Source of the DNA: Myxococcota bacterium
GTDB lineage: Bacteria > Myxococcota_A > UBA9042 > PHBI01 > JAWLBL01
Assembly (NCBI GenBank): GCA_041687695.1
Contig: JAWLBL010000032.1
Location: forward strand, 1 to 64,000
Direction: 5' to 3'
DNA: 64,000 bases
Every line of letters starts with the position of its first letter. The stretch's first letter is position 1. A program made the position numbers and the translations under genes. Below the pieces are notes generated by a model, which was not told where the DNA came from, did not search any database, and saw only the letters and a program-made list of their open reading frames with translations. This document shows, one piece after another, positions 63,281 through 64,000 of the stretch.

Positions 63281-64000
63281 CACCGTCCGCTCGCTCCTGT
63301 CGGCCCTGGTCGACGGAGAGCTGGCCCCCCTCGAGTCCATCGCCATCCGGCGCCACCTCAGCCAGTGCGAGGCTTGCCACGCCGAGCTGCGCGCGACCGA
63401 GCGCCTCAAGGTGGCGCTGCACGTCGCCGGCACCTCCGAGCCCTTGCCCGACGAGACCGCCGGCCGCCTCGAGGCCGCCATGCAGGCCCGCTTCGCCGCC
63501 GCGCGCGCCGAGGCCCGCGCCTCCCGCCGTTGGCTGCCCCTGGCCGCCGCCGCCGTCCTCACGGCGGGTGTCTGGGCCGCCTGGCCGGGCGAGCACGCCC
63601 GCGGCTCGGCCCCGCTCGCGATCGCTCCGGCGCCGCTGACCCTCGACGACGCGGTGCTCGCGCGCCTGGTCGCCGTCCACCAGGGCGGCCCGTCCAAGGC
63701 GGGCCCCGCCCGCGCGGCCCTGCGCGACGCGCTGGTCGCCTTCGAGCGCCTGCCCGGCAGCTTCATCACCCCCGAGGGCGAGCGCCCGCGCGTCGTGCAG
63801 GTCAGCTACGCCGACTGCGACGGCCCCGGCAACGGCTCCAGCCTGGCCGTCTTCAGCGCCGATCGCGTCCGCCTGTCCTCCAGCGTCGACGCGGCCCTGG
63901 ACACCAAGGGCGTCTTCCTCGAGGTCGTAGACGGCGTCGAGGTCCGCGTCAGCCTGAGCGGCGACAAGGTCTTCGTCCTGCTCAGCGACATCGACCCCAT
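63267..64000 (+). CDS. Zf-HC2 anti-sigma factor, partial (runs off window end)
   Basis: Translated by hand from ATG 63267: MKPCDTVRSLLSALVDGEL...RRHLSQCEAC (HxxxCxxC), then a TM helix; no stop before 64000, so absent from the track. Confidence 0.9.
   Translation, partial: MKPCDTVRSLLSALVDGELAPLESIAIRRHLSQCEACHAELRATERLKVALHVAGTSEPLPDETAGRLEAAMQARFAAARAEARASRRWLPLAAAAVLTAGVWAAWPGEHARGSAPLAIAPAPLTLDDAVLARLVAVHQGGPSKAGPARAALRDALVAFERLPGSFITPEGERPRVVQVSYADCDGPGNGSSLAVFSADRVRLSSSVDAALDTKGVFLEVVDGVEVRVSLSGDKVFVLLSDIDP

Noticed and set aside
1..64000. tRNA, rRNA, transposase, integrase or prophage genes
   Set aside because: None recognised by eye; a tRNAscan/Rfam run would be needed to exclude small RNAs in the gaps at 37278-37623 and 50848-51480.

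Overview
Very GC-rich bacterial chromosome segment, almost certainly Myxococcota (inferred from a MYXO-CTERM tail, PEGA/TPR proteins, a Hanks-type kinase, an FHA protein, Cys-rich lipoproteins and a deltaproteobacterial-type Zur box). About 45 genes can be supported: a Zur-controlled zinc-uptake operon (His-rich leader ORF, outer-membrane barrel, ZnuA, two His-rich lipoproteins, ZnuC, ZnuB), uvrC, a MoxR/VWA cluster split into two divergent halves, a DprE1/DprE2-like pair, two GT-C and one GT2 glycosyltransferases, three ECF sigma factors (two with anti-sigmas), nagZ, an S8/FG-GAP protease, a cyclophilin and many surface proteins. No rRNA, tRNA, CRISPR array or transposase was seen. Most long Arg/Pro/Gly-rich ORFs in the track are GC shadows, and many starts were moved to the codon supported by an RBS or signal peptide. 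Strongest leads: (1) a His-rich DUF2946-like leader peptide followed by a hairpin that buries the next start codon, under a Zur box (candidate metal-sensing ribosome-stalling switch); (2) nested non-autonomous elements, where MITEs with IS1182-like ends insert into the TGGAA loop of a 57-bp REP repeat and carry a hairpin cassette found in both orientations; (3) two 5'-truncated surface-protein genes fused head-to-head at ~11955; (4) a lower-GC effector-like ORF, missing from the track, that runs off the left edge. Family assignments are from motif recognition only; no searches were run.
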